A DNA stretch of 56,140 nt, from IMG/VR virus record IMGVR_UViG_3300045988_093457, positions 1 to 56,140 of that record. One strand, 5' to 3'. This document shows positions 48,241 through 55,730 of the stretch, piece after piece. Positions within the stretch are counted from its first letter, which is position 1. Each line of letters begins with the position of its first letter. Origin of the DNA: a virus. The notes below the pieces were generated by a model. It was given only the letters and a program-made list of their open reading frames with translations. It was not told the DNA's origin and did no database searches. Position numbers and translations under genes: made by a program.

Positions 48241-48427
48241 TCTTTCTTCTTATTTTTATAGCCATGTTATTAAGCAGCCTTGCTCTGTTGTGCTCCTTGG
48301 CCGATGTGCCATGATGTCTGTAATAGGCTGCGGCATCAGATAAGTATTTTATCAGGAGCTTGGCATCAGTCTTACTTATCTGCACCATAGCTTGTGTTAT
48401 TTTATCCTGTTCTTTAACTCGTTGCAC
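48230..48427 (-). CDS. Hypothetical 65-aa protein
   Basis: ORF. Confidence 0.4.
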   Translation of the reverse strand: MQRVKEQDKITQAMVQISKTDAKLLIKYLSDAAAYYRHHGTSAKEHNRARLLNNMAIKIRRKNEL

Positions 48428-48669
48428 GGCTTAAACTTCAGGTGCTTTCGTGCCGGCACCACGCATTGCTCTCCAGTGGAGATTATGCGTGCCTTGCGTG
48501 GCTTTGATTGCACGACGTTGAATGTACCAAAGCCTCGCAAATAAACGTTCTGTCCATTTGCAAAGGCTTGTGTAAGAACTTCTAACAAGCCTTCTATACT
48601 TTTTCTCACTTCCGAACGTGGTATGCCTGTAAGTTCGGTGATCTGTTCAATAATTTGCTGTTTTGTCAT
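48397..48669 (-). CDS. HU/IHF-family DNA-binding protein
   Basis: Start set at MTKQQIIEQITELTGI. Has the RGFGTF and ...KFKP motifs. Confidence 0.8.
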   Translation of the reverse strand: MTKQQIIEQITELTGIPRSEVRKSIEGLLEVLTQAFANGQNVYLRGFGTFNVVQSKPRKARIISTGEQCVVPARKHLKFKPCNELKNRIK

Positions 48670-48751
48670 ATTTGATTTTTTTAAGTTGATTGTGGTGCAG
48701 CCGTCCGCAAGACGTGATGCCGGTTTCGAGCCGCCCCTGCACCTGTAATGA

Positions 48752-49159
48752 CTAAAGTTTATCAATTATCTTTGTCTTAACCATGCTGTCCAGAACCATG
48801 TCATCCAGTCCTTGACGCATATACTCGTGAGCCTTGGAAGTAGCCTCACTGAGATTATCGGCACGTATCAGAACGTAATACTTCTGCTCCTTTTCGTTCT
48901 CCTTGCCGTCAATAGTCTTGGTGACGATTGTTGCCTTGTAGTAATAGTCTTTGTCGTCGTCCTCGTTAACTATCTCACGCACATTGCTGCGCTTGAGGGC
49001 AACGACATCGCCCTCCTGCTGATAATCAGCATAGCTGTGCATTCCTGCGTGTTCAGCCTCGGCAAACAATTCACAATCTGTTATATATCGTTCTGTAACT
49101 TCTTTCTCGCTGCCGTCCTTCTGCAACTTTCTGACCTTTGTTGTTATTTCGTATAGCAT
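48752..49159 (-). CDS. DUF4494-like protein
   Basis: EKEVTERYITDCELFAEAE pattern. Confidence 0.5.
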   Translation of the reverse strand: MLYEITTKVRKLQKDGSEKEVTERYITDCELFAEAEHAGMHSYADYQQEGDVVALKRSNVREIVNEDDDKDYYYKATIVTKTIDGKENEKEQKYYVLIRADNLSEATSKAHEYMRQGLDDMVLDSMVKTKIIDKL

Positions 49160-49163
49160 ATTA

Positions 49164-49730
49164 TTAAGATTTTACGATGTTATGTTTTAGGCTTTCCTCG
49201 ATGTCGTTCGGATTGAACTTATTCCACGGAATGATTATATCATATCTTGTATCTCCAGTGCTTTCGCATGAACGCTCCCCGTTGTAAAAAACACGTTTAT
49301 TGCCAGCGTAATAACGAAGGGCAAGGCTATGAGGATAATTATTGTCAGCTACCATACAAGGCGTGTCAATCGGTAAATCTTCCTCTTTCTGTTCCTCCAA
49401 CGGCTCAATGATAAGTTTGCCGTCCTCTTCGCTGACCTGCACGCCCATGTTGTGCGCCTTGATAACGTTGGCAATGTCTTTCAGCAAATCTTCGCTTGCG
49501 TGCAGTTCGTCGTCCTCGAACATCTCGTCAGTCCAATCAAATTCATTATTATCTATGTTAATATTGTATGTTTTATCTATACTTGTTATTGTGGCCGTTT
49601 CTCCACAATAACGCTCCATGTCTTCAATAAAGAATGTTCCTCCGCATAATATATAGCCAGATGCATTTTTGTTCTTCTCATACCACTCTTTTGACTTGAT
49701 ACGAACTTTGTCTCCTACTTTGTGTTTCAT
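49164..49730 (-). CDS. Hypothetical protein
   Basis: ORF. Confidence 0.5.
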   Translation of the reverse strand: MKHKVGDKVRIKSKEWYEKNKNASGYILCGGTFFIEDMERYCGETATITSIDKTYNINIDNNEFDWTDEMFEDDELHASEDLLKDIANVIKAHNMGVQVSEEDGKLIIEPLEEQKEEDLPIDTPCMVADNNYPHSLALRYYAGNKRVFYNGERSCESTGDTRYDIIIPWNKFNPNDIEESLKHNIVKS

Positions 49731-49745
49731 TTTCTTGTCCTCCTT

Positions 49746-50132
49746 TTAAAATGGTATATCATCGTTACTACTCTCACTCTCCTGCGGTTGCGGTGCCGGC
49801 TGTTGCATATCTTTGGCTCCGTATGGCTCAACCTTGTAGCCTCTTATCGAATTGAAGTATCGAACGTTGCCGTTCTCGTCCTTCACTTCCCTGCCGTTAA
49901 TATCGTAGCTTACCGTTACAGCATCGCCGACCTTGTAATCGTCAAGTTGTTTCATCGCTTCACCCGAAAACTCAAAACTTGGATAGTTGTCATATTTCGG
50001 CTCCCCCGTTATCGGATCGTAACGTTTTGCGTCAATAACAAGCTGTCTTTTATAGAACGAATTGCCCGATTTGCCCTTTATCTCCTGCACATCTGTTATA
50101 AGATGTATCTTTCCGCTAATTGTGTTTGCCAT
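49746..50132 (-). CDS. Single-stranded DNA-binding protein (DUF3127-type)
   Basis: OB-fold-like sequence ending in the acidic tail SSNDDIPF. Confidence 0.7.
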   Translation of the reverse strand: MANTISGKIHLITDVQEIKGKSGNSFYKRQLVIDAKRYDPITGEPKYDNYPSFEFSGEAMKQLDDYKVGDAVTVSYDINGREVKDENGNVRYFNSIRGYKVEPYGAKDMQQPAPQPQESESSNDDIPF

Positions 50133-50854
50133 TATTTTATAGTCAATATTATTTGTTCTGCTTTATTTATTTTTTCTTCCAAAAGTTTCATATCCGCCTC
50201 GTCCGGATATATTCTCACTATATGTATAGGATGTTGCTGCCACGGGCAATATGCTACGAAATCGCACCATTCTGCGCCTGTACACATCATGTGGCTTTGG
50301 CACTGCCAGTAGTATTCAGGTTTGACTTTCTTCAGCGTCGCATTGTCCTTAACTTCACAACGATAACGCATATAGCTTTCCTGGTTCGGACATTTTATCT
50401 CAACGCAACCGCTCTTTCCGTCGCCGTCGTCTGCAATAAAGCCGTCAGGACTTGACGCGAAGTGCGGTATTGTCTTGTGTGCTACGCTGCCTCGTTCAAC
50501 TACTGCATATCCTTTCAACTTAGCGTACAGCTGTCTTGCGTACTCTTCTTGTTCTGTGCCCCAACGCATGGCCTTTGTCTCAACGTTCGTGATGTTCAGA
50601 TATTCGTCAAACAGATTATCGTCATTCACGACCAGCGGGTTCATGTATCTTGTTGCCGCTACGTTATATATATAGCTGTTAGCTGTTTCGGAGAAGCCGT
50701 CTGAGCGGCTCTCCTTTGTAAGTTTCCACACATTGCTGCCGGTGAAGTTCCCGAGCCGCGCCCGGTACCAGCCCAGAGTGTGCTGTTCGCTTTCTTTTAT
50801 TTTATCATCTACACCAGCAGCAGATGATACATCTATTGTTATCGCATCATTCAT
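50132..50854 (-). CDS. YqaJ-type viral recombinase exonuclease
   Basis: GWYRARLGNFTGSNVWKL N-terminal motif. Coupled to recT. Confidence 0.75.
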   Translation of the reverse strand: MNDAITIDVSSAAGVDDKIKESEQHTLGWYRARLGNFTGSNVWKLTKESRSDGFSETANSYIYNVAATRYMNPLVVNDDNLFDEYLNITNVETKAMRWGTEQEEYARQLYAKLKGYAVVERGSVAHKTIPHFASSPDGFIADDGDGKSGCVEIKCPNQESYMRYRCEVKDNATLKKVKPEYYWQCQSHMMCTGAEWCDFVAYCPWQQHPIHIVRIYPDEADMKLLEEKINKAEQIILTIK

Positions 50855-51645
50855 AACAGATTACCTTCCTTAACTTTGTTGTCGGTTTTCTTTGTCTTTG
50901 CAGGCTTAGCCTCTTCAACAGCCTGTTCAGCCATCATCGACAGCTTGTCTTTGTTGGTAAGGTCCACATATTCCGCGTCTACCGTATCTTCAGCTTCTTC
51001 TTTTGTCAAGAATCCCATACTGATCTCTGGCGAATACACTCTTGACCACCATGCTGCAGCTCTATACCTCAGCATAAGTTTCGCCATTGTGCGCCATTTA
51101 CTTCCAGATTTCGTGTACCAGCCTTCTTTAATGGCTGTTTCAATCGACACCGGGTTACTCTCAAGTATCTCACCTGTAGATAACTCTGTTGCATAGGCGA
51201 TGCACTCATAGTTGTCAATGTTCGTTCCGTCAAACTCAAGTTCTACGATTGTGTTCTTCTTCAAGACAGGATCGTATCTCGTCTCGTTGTATTTTATTTT
51301 ACCGACCTTGCCGAGATTTCGTTCTCTGTATTTAAGCGATGTAAACTTACCGCACATGTTGATTGTTGATATCAAGAAGGCCGATCCCCAACGTGGTGTA
51401 CCTTTGATGATATTCAGGTTCTGCATCACCATAAGCGGATTTACATTCATTCTCATCGCCATATCAACGGTGATGATACAGTTTCCAATATTCTCTCTGT
51501 AAATGTCAGGTACAATAGTACTTTCAGCGTACATCTTGCCCATGCGCTGCATAACTTCAAATTGTTTTACCGTCTGCCCCACAGGTGTCAGGGCAAACTC
51601 TGCAGCTTGCTTCGCCTGTATAATCTGCATTTCTTGATTATCCAT
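50851..51645 (-). CDS. recT: RecT-family single-strand annealing protein
   Basis: KWRTMAKLMLRYRAAAWWSRVYSPEISMG motif. Confidence 0.8.
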   Translation of the reverse strand: MDNQEMQIIQAKQAAEFALTPVGQTVKQFEVMQRMGKMYAESTIVPDIYRENIGNCIITVDMAMRMNVNPLMVMQNLNIIKGTPRWGSAFLISTINMCGKFTSLKYRERNLGKVGKIKYNETRYDPVLKKNTIVELEFDGTNIDNYECIAYATELSTGEILESNPVSIETAIKEGWYTKSGSKWRTMAKLMLRYRAAAWWSRVYSPEISMGFLTKEEAEDTVDAEYVDLTNKDKLSMMAEQAVEEAKPAKTKKTDNKVKEGNLL

Positions 51646-51656
51646 AGAATATTTAT

Positions 51657-51959
51657 TTAAATGGTTAATAATATTTTCTCAGTCTCGCTTTCGATACGTG
51701 CCGTATCAACGTTGGGTGTCTTTGCCTTCTCGTTAAGTGATGAAAGTTCCACATCTATCACACGGCACTCAGCAGTTACCGGGATAAATGCGCCTGTGCC
51801 GTTATAGTAATCGTCCTCTGTGTACCCTTCGACTGTTACATCTACTGTCAACGTCAGCGTCTCGTCCTTCTTTTCTACAGACACTGCTGATACACCGGCG
51901 TTTGCGCAGTCGGCACACTTGCGTACCAAATCTGCGTAGTCGCGTTCGTATAGTTTCAT
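51657..51959 (-). CDS. Hypothetical protein
   Basis: Start set at MKLYERDY. The longer ORF would overlap the small peptide gene. Confidence 0.5.
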   Translation of the reverse strand: MKLYERDYADLVRKCADCANAGVSAVSVEKKDETLTLTVDVTVEGYTEDDYYNGTGAFIPVTAECRVIDVELSSLNEKAKTPNVDTARIESETEKILLTI

Positions 51960-51967
51960 AGGCTTAT

Positions 51968-52120
51968 TTATTTGTACAGCAACTTGTACCATGACTTGTA
52001 CAAAGTCTTGCCGTAGATTGTTGCAAACCACGCAAAAGCTATAACTAACGCCGTTGCATCACCTGTCATGCAGGTGTGCATGAATGCTGCTACGTTGGCA
52101 GCGATAACTAACTTTTTCAT
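51968..52120 (-). CDS. 50-aa hydrophobic peptide P1 (paralog of 53616-53768)
   Basis: Hand-translated as MKKLVIAANVAAFMHTCMTGDATALVIAFAWFATIYGKTLYKSWYKLLYK. Confidence 0.55.
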   Translation of the reverse strand: MKKLVIAANVAAFMHTCMTGDATALVIAFAWFATIYGKTLYKSWYKLLYK

Positions 52121-52150
52121 ATATATTGTTTTTTGTTTTCCAATTTAAAG

Positions 52151-52174
52151 CCGGTGAACCTCACGGCGGACCGG
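52151..52174 (-). other. Conserved-loop hairpin, copy A
   Basis: CCGGT-GAACCTCACGGCGG-ACCGG. A T-rich run follows on the minus strand. Confidence 0.6.
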
Positions 52175-52225
52175 GGATTGAGCGTCCTAAATGCTCCATT
52201 TTAAAATGATTAAAGTAAATTATAG

Positions 52226-52290
52226 CAGGATATGCAAGATTCGAACTTGCATAGGTGCGTCCACCTGTTTTACCGTTGAACTAATATCCT
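52226..52290 (-). tRNA. tRNA-like gene 1: only 65 nt, with a truncated anticodon arm
   Basis: Acceptor AGGATAT/ATATCCT, D-arm GTT-CAACGGTAA-AAC and T-arm GCAAG-TTCGAAT-CTTGC. The middle is AGGTG-GACG-CACCT, a 4-nt loop. Confidence 0.5.
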
Positions 52291-52328
52291 CCAGTTGTCT
52301 TTCCAACTTGTCTTATCTGCACAGATAG

Positions 52329-52442
52329 TGGCGAAAGCAGGATTCGAACCTGCAAGGACTTACAAAGGTTTTACCGCGGTCTCAACCTAATGCCATTCCT
52401 TCCTTTTGGTTGGAATACGTTTACCAATTTCGTCATTTCGCC
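52329..52442 (-). tRNA. tRNA-like gene 2: 114 nt, with no canonical anticodon arm
   Basis: Acceptor GGCGAAA/TTTCGCC, D-arm ACG-AAATTGGTAAA-CGT and T-arm GCAGG-TTCGAAT-CCTGC. 62 nt lie between the D and T arms. Confidence 0.55.
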
Positions 52443-52445
52443 AGA

Positions 52446-52463
52446 TACCCACCGAAGTGGGTA
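52446..52463 (-). other. cUUCGg tetraloop hairpin 3 nt upstream of tRNA-like gene 2
   Basis: Minus strand reads TACCCAC-TTCG-GTGGGTA. Confidence 0.6.
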
Positions 52464-52660
52464 CTACTAATCACACTATTACAACGAAATAATCTTGTTT
52501 AAAAAATATGTTATTTAACTCTGTTTTTATGATTTTAAATTAATTCAAACGCTGATTATAAAATATTGATATTCAGCGGTCCGTCACGTGTGAAATATGT
52601 TTGCATCGTTAAAATTTTAGTTATTAATAATTAGGCTTTCGCCTGTTTGGTCTCGTAAAA

Positions 52661-52688
52661 ACTTCGGGAACTTCACAGCGGCCGAAGT
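52661..52688 (-). other. Conserved-loop hairpin, copy B
   Basis: ACTTCGG-GAACTTCACAGCGG-CCGAAGT. TTTTAC follows on the minus strand. Confidence 0.6.
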
Positions 52689-52752
52689 GTGCAATGAAAA
52701 ATTTACAAAAAGAAAATTCTTCAACTGTTGTTATGTCATCATCTTGTTAGCG

Positions 52753-52860
52753 TGGTGCCGGCAGGATTCGAACCTGCATGAGCTTTCTGCTTTGAGTAAC
52801 CCTTCCGGCTGGGTAAAGCTCCAGTACTCGTCGCGCGTCTACCAATTCCGCCACGACACC
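52753..52860 (-). tRNA. tRNA-like gene 3: 108 nt, type-II (Leu/Ser-like) D-arm, no canonical anticodon arm
   Basis: Acceptor GGTGTCG/CGGCACC, D region GGCGGAATTGGTAGACGCG (as in bacterial tRNA-Leu) and T-arm GCAGG-TTCGAAT-CCTGC. 57 nt lie between them. Confidence 0.55.
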
Positions 52861-52933
52861 GAAACCGGAGAGCTTCGCAGTGGCCCGGGTGGTCATATAA
52901 AGATTTTCAGTTCATAATTTGAGAATTTAAAAA

Positions 52934-52957
52934 TGCACGAGCCTCACGGCGGGTGCA
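52934..52957 (-). other. Conserved-loop hairpin, copy C
   Basis: TGCAC-GAGCCTCACGGCGG-GTGCA. TTTTTAAATT follows on the minus strand. Confidence 0.6.
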
Positions 52958-53352
52958 GGTGTATAGAAAAAAACATCTAGGTGAATAGCACCGCTGTGCT
53001 TTAAGTCAAACTAAACATGAAAAACACTTAACTGATCTTAGTGCCGGCGCCCGATTCCATCGCAGCCAATTTAATGACAGCGCCGGCTATATGTAGTTAT
53101 GGTAAATTATAACTAATGTTCTTCCAAAATATATAGCCCCTACTCGCGTCCTCGCTGCCGTGTCATAGATTGTCAGTCTCTACAGCAGCTTCGCTTTCGT
53201 CTTTTGTCCCATAATGTCAAAGATCTATTTTCCAAAGTCTACCCTTGCGGCTTACGCGTCAAATGACATTGCGCTTCGGAACTTCGTAGTGGTGCCGCCG
53301 CTCTCGCTGCGTGATGCGAGCCTTCAACTCTCCCGGCACCTGATTAAAATGG

Positions 53353-53664
53353 CTAAAAGTAATCTTGCATTATATGTTGGGCTTCTCTAAGCTCCTTCAT
53401 GAAGTATTCAACCTTTCCGGGGCGCTTGCACGGATGCAGCTTGCCTTCTCTGCGCCAGCGGTCCACATTGCCGCGGCCAAACATCTTGTAGGCCTTTCGC
53501 TGACTTATCATCTCAGGATCAGCGGCCTGTTCTTTTAGCTGTCTGACGACTTCAGCGGCGATGTCTTTAACGAGGACTTCGTAAGAAACCGTGCAGTCAG
53601 GAAAGTTTATTGCGTTCATCTGTTGAAATGTCTTATCCAGGTTCTGTACAAATCTTTCCAGCAT
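53353..53664 (-). CDS. Excisionase/MerR-like HTH protein
   Basis: ISQRKAYKMFGRGNVDRWRREGKLHP. Confidence 0.5.
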   Translation of the reverse strand: MLERFVQNLDKTFQQMNAINFPDCTVSYEVLVKDIAAEVVRQLKEQAADPEMISQRKAYKMFGRGNVDRWRREGKLHPCKRPGKVEYFMKELREAQHIMQDYF

Positions 53665-53768
53665 GTGTAGCCCATAAACGTGAAGGCTACAAATAAGGCT
53701 GTAGCGTCAGCCGTGCGTGCTGTGTGTATGAATGTGAGTATTACTGCTATAATTGATATTGTTTTCAT
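53616..53768 (-). CDS. 50-aa hydrophobic peptide P2 (paralog of 51968-52120)
   Basis: Hand-translated as MKTISIIAVILTFIHTARTADATALFVAFTFMGYTCWKDLYRTWIRHFNR. Overlaps the next gene's start by 49 nt. Confidence 0.5.
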   Translation of the reverse strand: MKTISIIAVILTFIHTARTADATALFVAFTFMGYTCWKDLYRTWIRHFNR

Positions 53769-53858
53769 GTTACTTTGTCTTTTAAAGAGCGGGCGCCGGC
53801 GAGTAGGAAAATGTTATGAATAGTTATATGGCAAATACATATCCGGCGCCCGGCGTGG

Positions 53859-54080
53859 TTACATAAATCTATTTTCTTCAATCTCTATCCCCCCGAAGTT
53901 GTCGAGGGCATCTTTTCTTATCTCCTGTGCTCTATGGCTGTTGCTGCTATATTTCAGTGCAGCGTAGACAGTTACCTTCGAGCATTTATGCAGTGTGGCC
54001 AGCTTACTTATATCTTCGTAAGCCACCAATATCTTCGGTGTTTTTATAGCTCTTTTTGTTGCTCGTGTCTGTTTTTTCAT
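53859..54080 (-). CDS. Cro-like small HTH regulator
   Basis: ISKLATLHKCSKVTVYAALK. Divergent from the repressor gene. Confidence 0.55.
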   Translation of the reverse strand: MKKQTRATKRAIKTPKILVAYEDISKLATLHKCSKVTVYAALKYSSNSHRAQEIRKDALDNFGGIEIEENRFM

Positions 54081-54132
54081 TATCTTTGCGTTATTAATTA
54101 GTTAAGAAATGATTTATTTTCGTTTTCAAATG

Positions 54133-54140
54133 CAAATGTA
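54133..54140 (-). promoter_or_regulatory. -7 box TACATTTG for the leftward early operon
   Basis: Matches TAnnTTTG on the minus strand about 50 nt upstream of the start at 54080. Confidence 0.4.
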
Positions 54141-54224
54141 GAGCATTTTACTGTAATCACAAAATTAAATACAGAAAATATTGCTGTAAATTGTTTATTT
54201 ATACAAATTCTAAATAAGTAAATT

Positions 54225-54875
54225 ATGGAAACATCTGTAAAACAGCGACTTATACAATTTATTAAATACAAAGGTATAGGTCAAGGTAAATTTGAAAAAG
54301 CCGTAGGTTTGTCGAACGGATTTGTAAATAATATCAGAGTATCTATAACGCCTGAAAAATTACAGAAAATAGCTCTGTATTATCCTGAATTAAACAAATC
54401 ATGGTTATTAACAGGTGAAGGCGAAATGTTAAACAACGAAATACAGAAAACGGCAGAAAAAGATTTGCTGTCTGACTACGAAACTTATCTTCTGCCTATG
54501 ACAACTCATGCCGGAGGCCTTAACGAAGTCTCTGCAGACGGAACTCTTCTGCAAAATTGCGAAAAGGTCATATCGCCAATCAAGGGTGTTGACTTTGCAA
54601 TAACGGTGTATGGTGAGAGTATGGCCCCTGAATATCCTTCAGGCTCCAGGCTATTAATAAAGCGCATAGATCCTTCAATATTCATCGACTGGGGCAAGGT
54701 GTTTGTGCTTGATACAAGTAACGGCGTGATTGTAAAAGAAGTGCATACGTGCGAAAAGGAAGGCTATGTCACTTGCCATTCTATAAATCCCGATCCGAAA
54801 TACGCCGATTTTATAGTACCTCTTTCAGAGGTCTACGGTATGTATAGGGTATTAATGTGTTTGTCAGCAAAATAA
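54225..54875 (+). CDS. CI/LexA-type repressor (HTH plus S24 peptidase)
   Basis: N-terminal HTH (QGKFEKAVGLSNGFVNNI) and a C-terminal GESMAPEYPSGSRLLIKR ... VIVKEV Ser/Lys dyad. Confidence 0.8.
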   Translation: METSVKQRLIQFIKYKGIGQGKFEKAVGLSNGFVNNIRVSITPEKLQKIALYYPELNKSWLLTGEGEMLNNEIQKTAEKDLLSDYETYLLPMTTHAGGLNEVSADGTLLQNCEKVISPIKGVDFAITVYGESMAPEYPSGSRLLIKRIDPSIFIDWGKVFVLDTSNGVIVKEVHTCEKEGYVTCHSINPDPKYADFIVPLSEVYGMYRVLMCLSAK

Positions 54876-54938
54876 AAAATAAATTGATATTTTTAATAAT
54901 AAATTTTTAAAAGGGTTATACTTTAATAAAATAAAAAC

Positions 54939-55484
54939 ATGAAAAAGAAATTTGTTTTGCTCTTTGTGGCAATATTATCACAGTTTACTGTTTTTGCACA
55001 GGATAGTGTATTAGGCATCAAATTCGGCACGCATAAAAATGATGTTAAAAGCATGTTGGAAAATAGATTTGGTGAATATAGTGTGCATGATTTAAATGGT
55101 GAACTTACAGTCTATAATTGTACGTTTGCTGGTATTGAATTTAATTTTGTGGATTTTGAGTTTGCATGGAACAATAATAATGGAATATCATATTTTAATT
55201 CAGCCCGTTTCCAAAAATGGTTCTCGCCTTCTGATACAGAATATGCAAAAAAATGTAGAGATATTATATTTGAAAAAATAAAATTAAAATATAGCTATTA
55301 CGAAGAAGATAAAAATCATAATGGTTTTAAATATTATAAATTTGGATTAAATCCTAATGATCCAACAAAAGTAACAGGTATGATTGATCTAACTAGAGAT
55401 AAGGGCAAAGACGGTGTTGAACGATTATATCTTATTGTAACCTATTTCCCATATCTCCCAAATTCAGATTTAAATGATTTATAA
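54939..55484 (+). CDS. Secreted protein (moron candidate), AT-rich
   Basis: Signal peptide MKKKFVLLFVAILSQFTVFAQD. The composition is visibly lower in GC than its neighbours. Confidence 0.6.
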   Translation: MKKKFVLLFVAILSQFTVFAQDSVLGIKFGTHKNDVKSMLENRFGEYSVHDLNGELTVYNCTFAGIEFNFVDFEFAWNNNNGISYFNSARFQKWFSPSDTEYAKKCRDIIFEKIKLKYSYYEEDKNHNGFKYYKFGLNPNDPTKVTGMIDLTRDKGKDGVERLYLIVTYFPYLPNSDLNDL

Positions 55485-55730
55485 AATTTTGTATTTCTGA
55501 TAAAGACGCAGAGACATTAAAATCTTTTATTACAGATACGACGTCAATTTATTATTAGGTAGATAAATTTAAAAGAAAAGTTATGTAACTAAACGAATTG
55601 AAAGAAATATGGCTGTCTACGTTTCCTGATAGCAGCCATACAAATGATGTAAAACGTTTTATACGTTATGCTTTAGAACTTGCAAAAGTCAACGGCTCAC
55701 TTAATCATACAGAAATGAGCGCAGGAGGCA

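Noticed and set aside
52558-52573. 16-nt exact repeat ATAAAATATTGATATT, also at 56045-56060
   Set aside because: It is an A/T-only word in an AT-rich background. A single 16-mer coincidence in 56 kb is within chance expectation.
52687-52917. 76-aa plus-strand ORF
   Set aside because: It lies antisense across tRNA-like gene 3 and starts in non-coding AT-rich DNA.
53261-53345. Possible fourth and fifth copies of the conserved-loop hairpin (GAACTTCGTAGTGG, GAGCCTTCAACTCT) and a GGTGCCG/CGGCACC 7-bp inverted repeat resembling the tRNA-like gene 3 acceptor
   Set aside because: The loop similarity is partial and the flanking bases do not form the compensating stem seen in copies A-C. They may be decayed copies but cannot be supported by eye.
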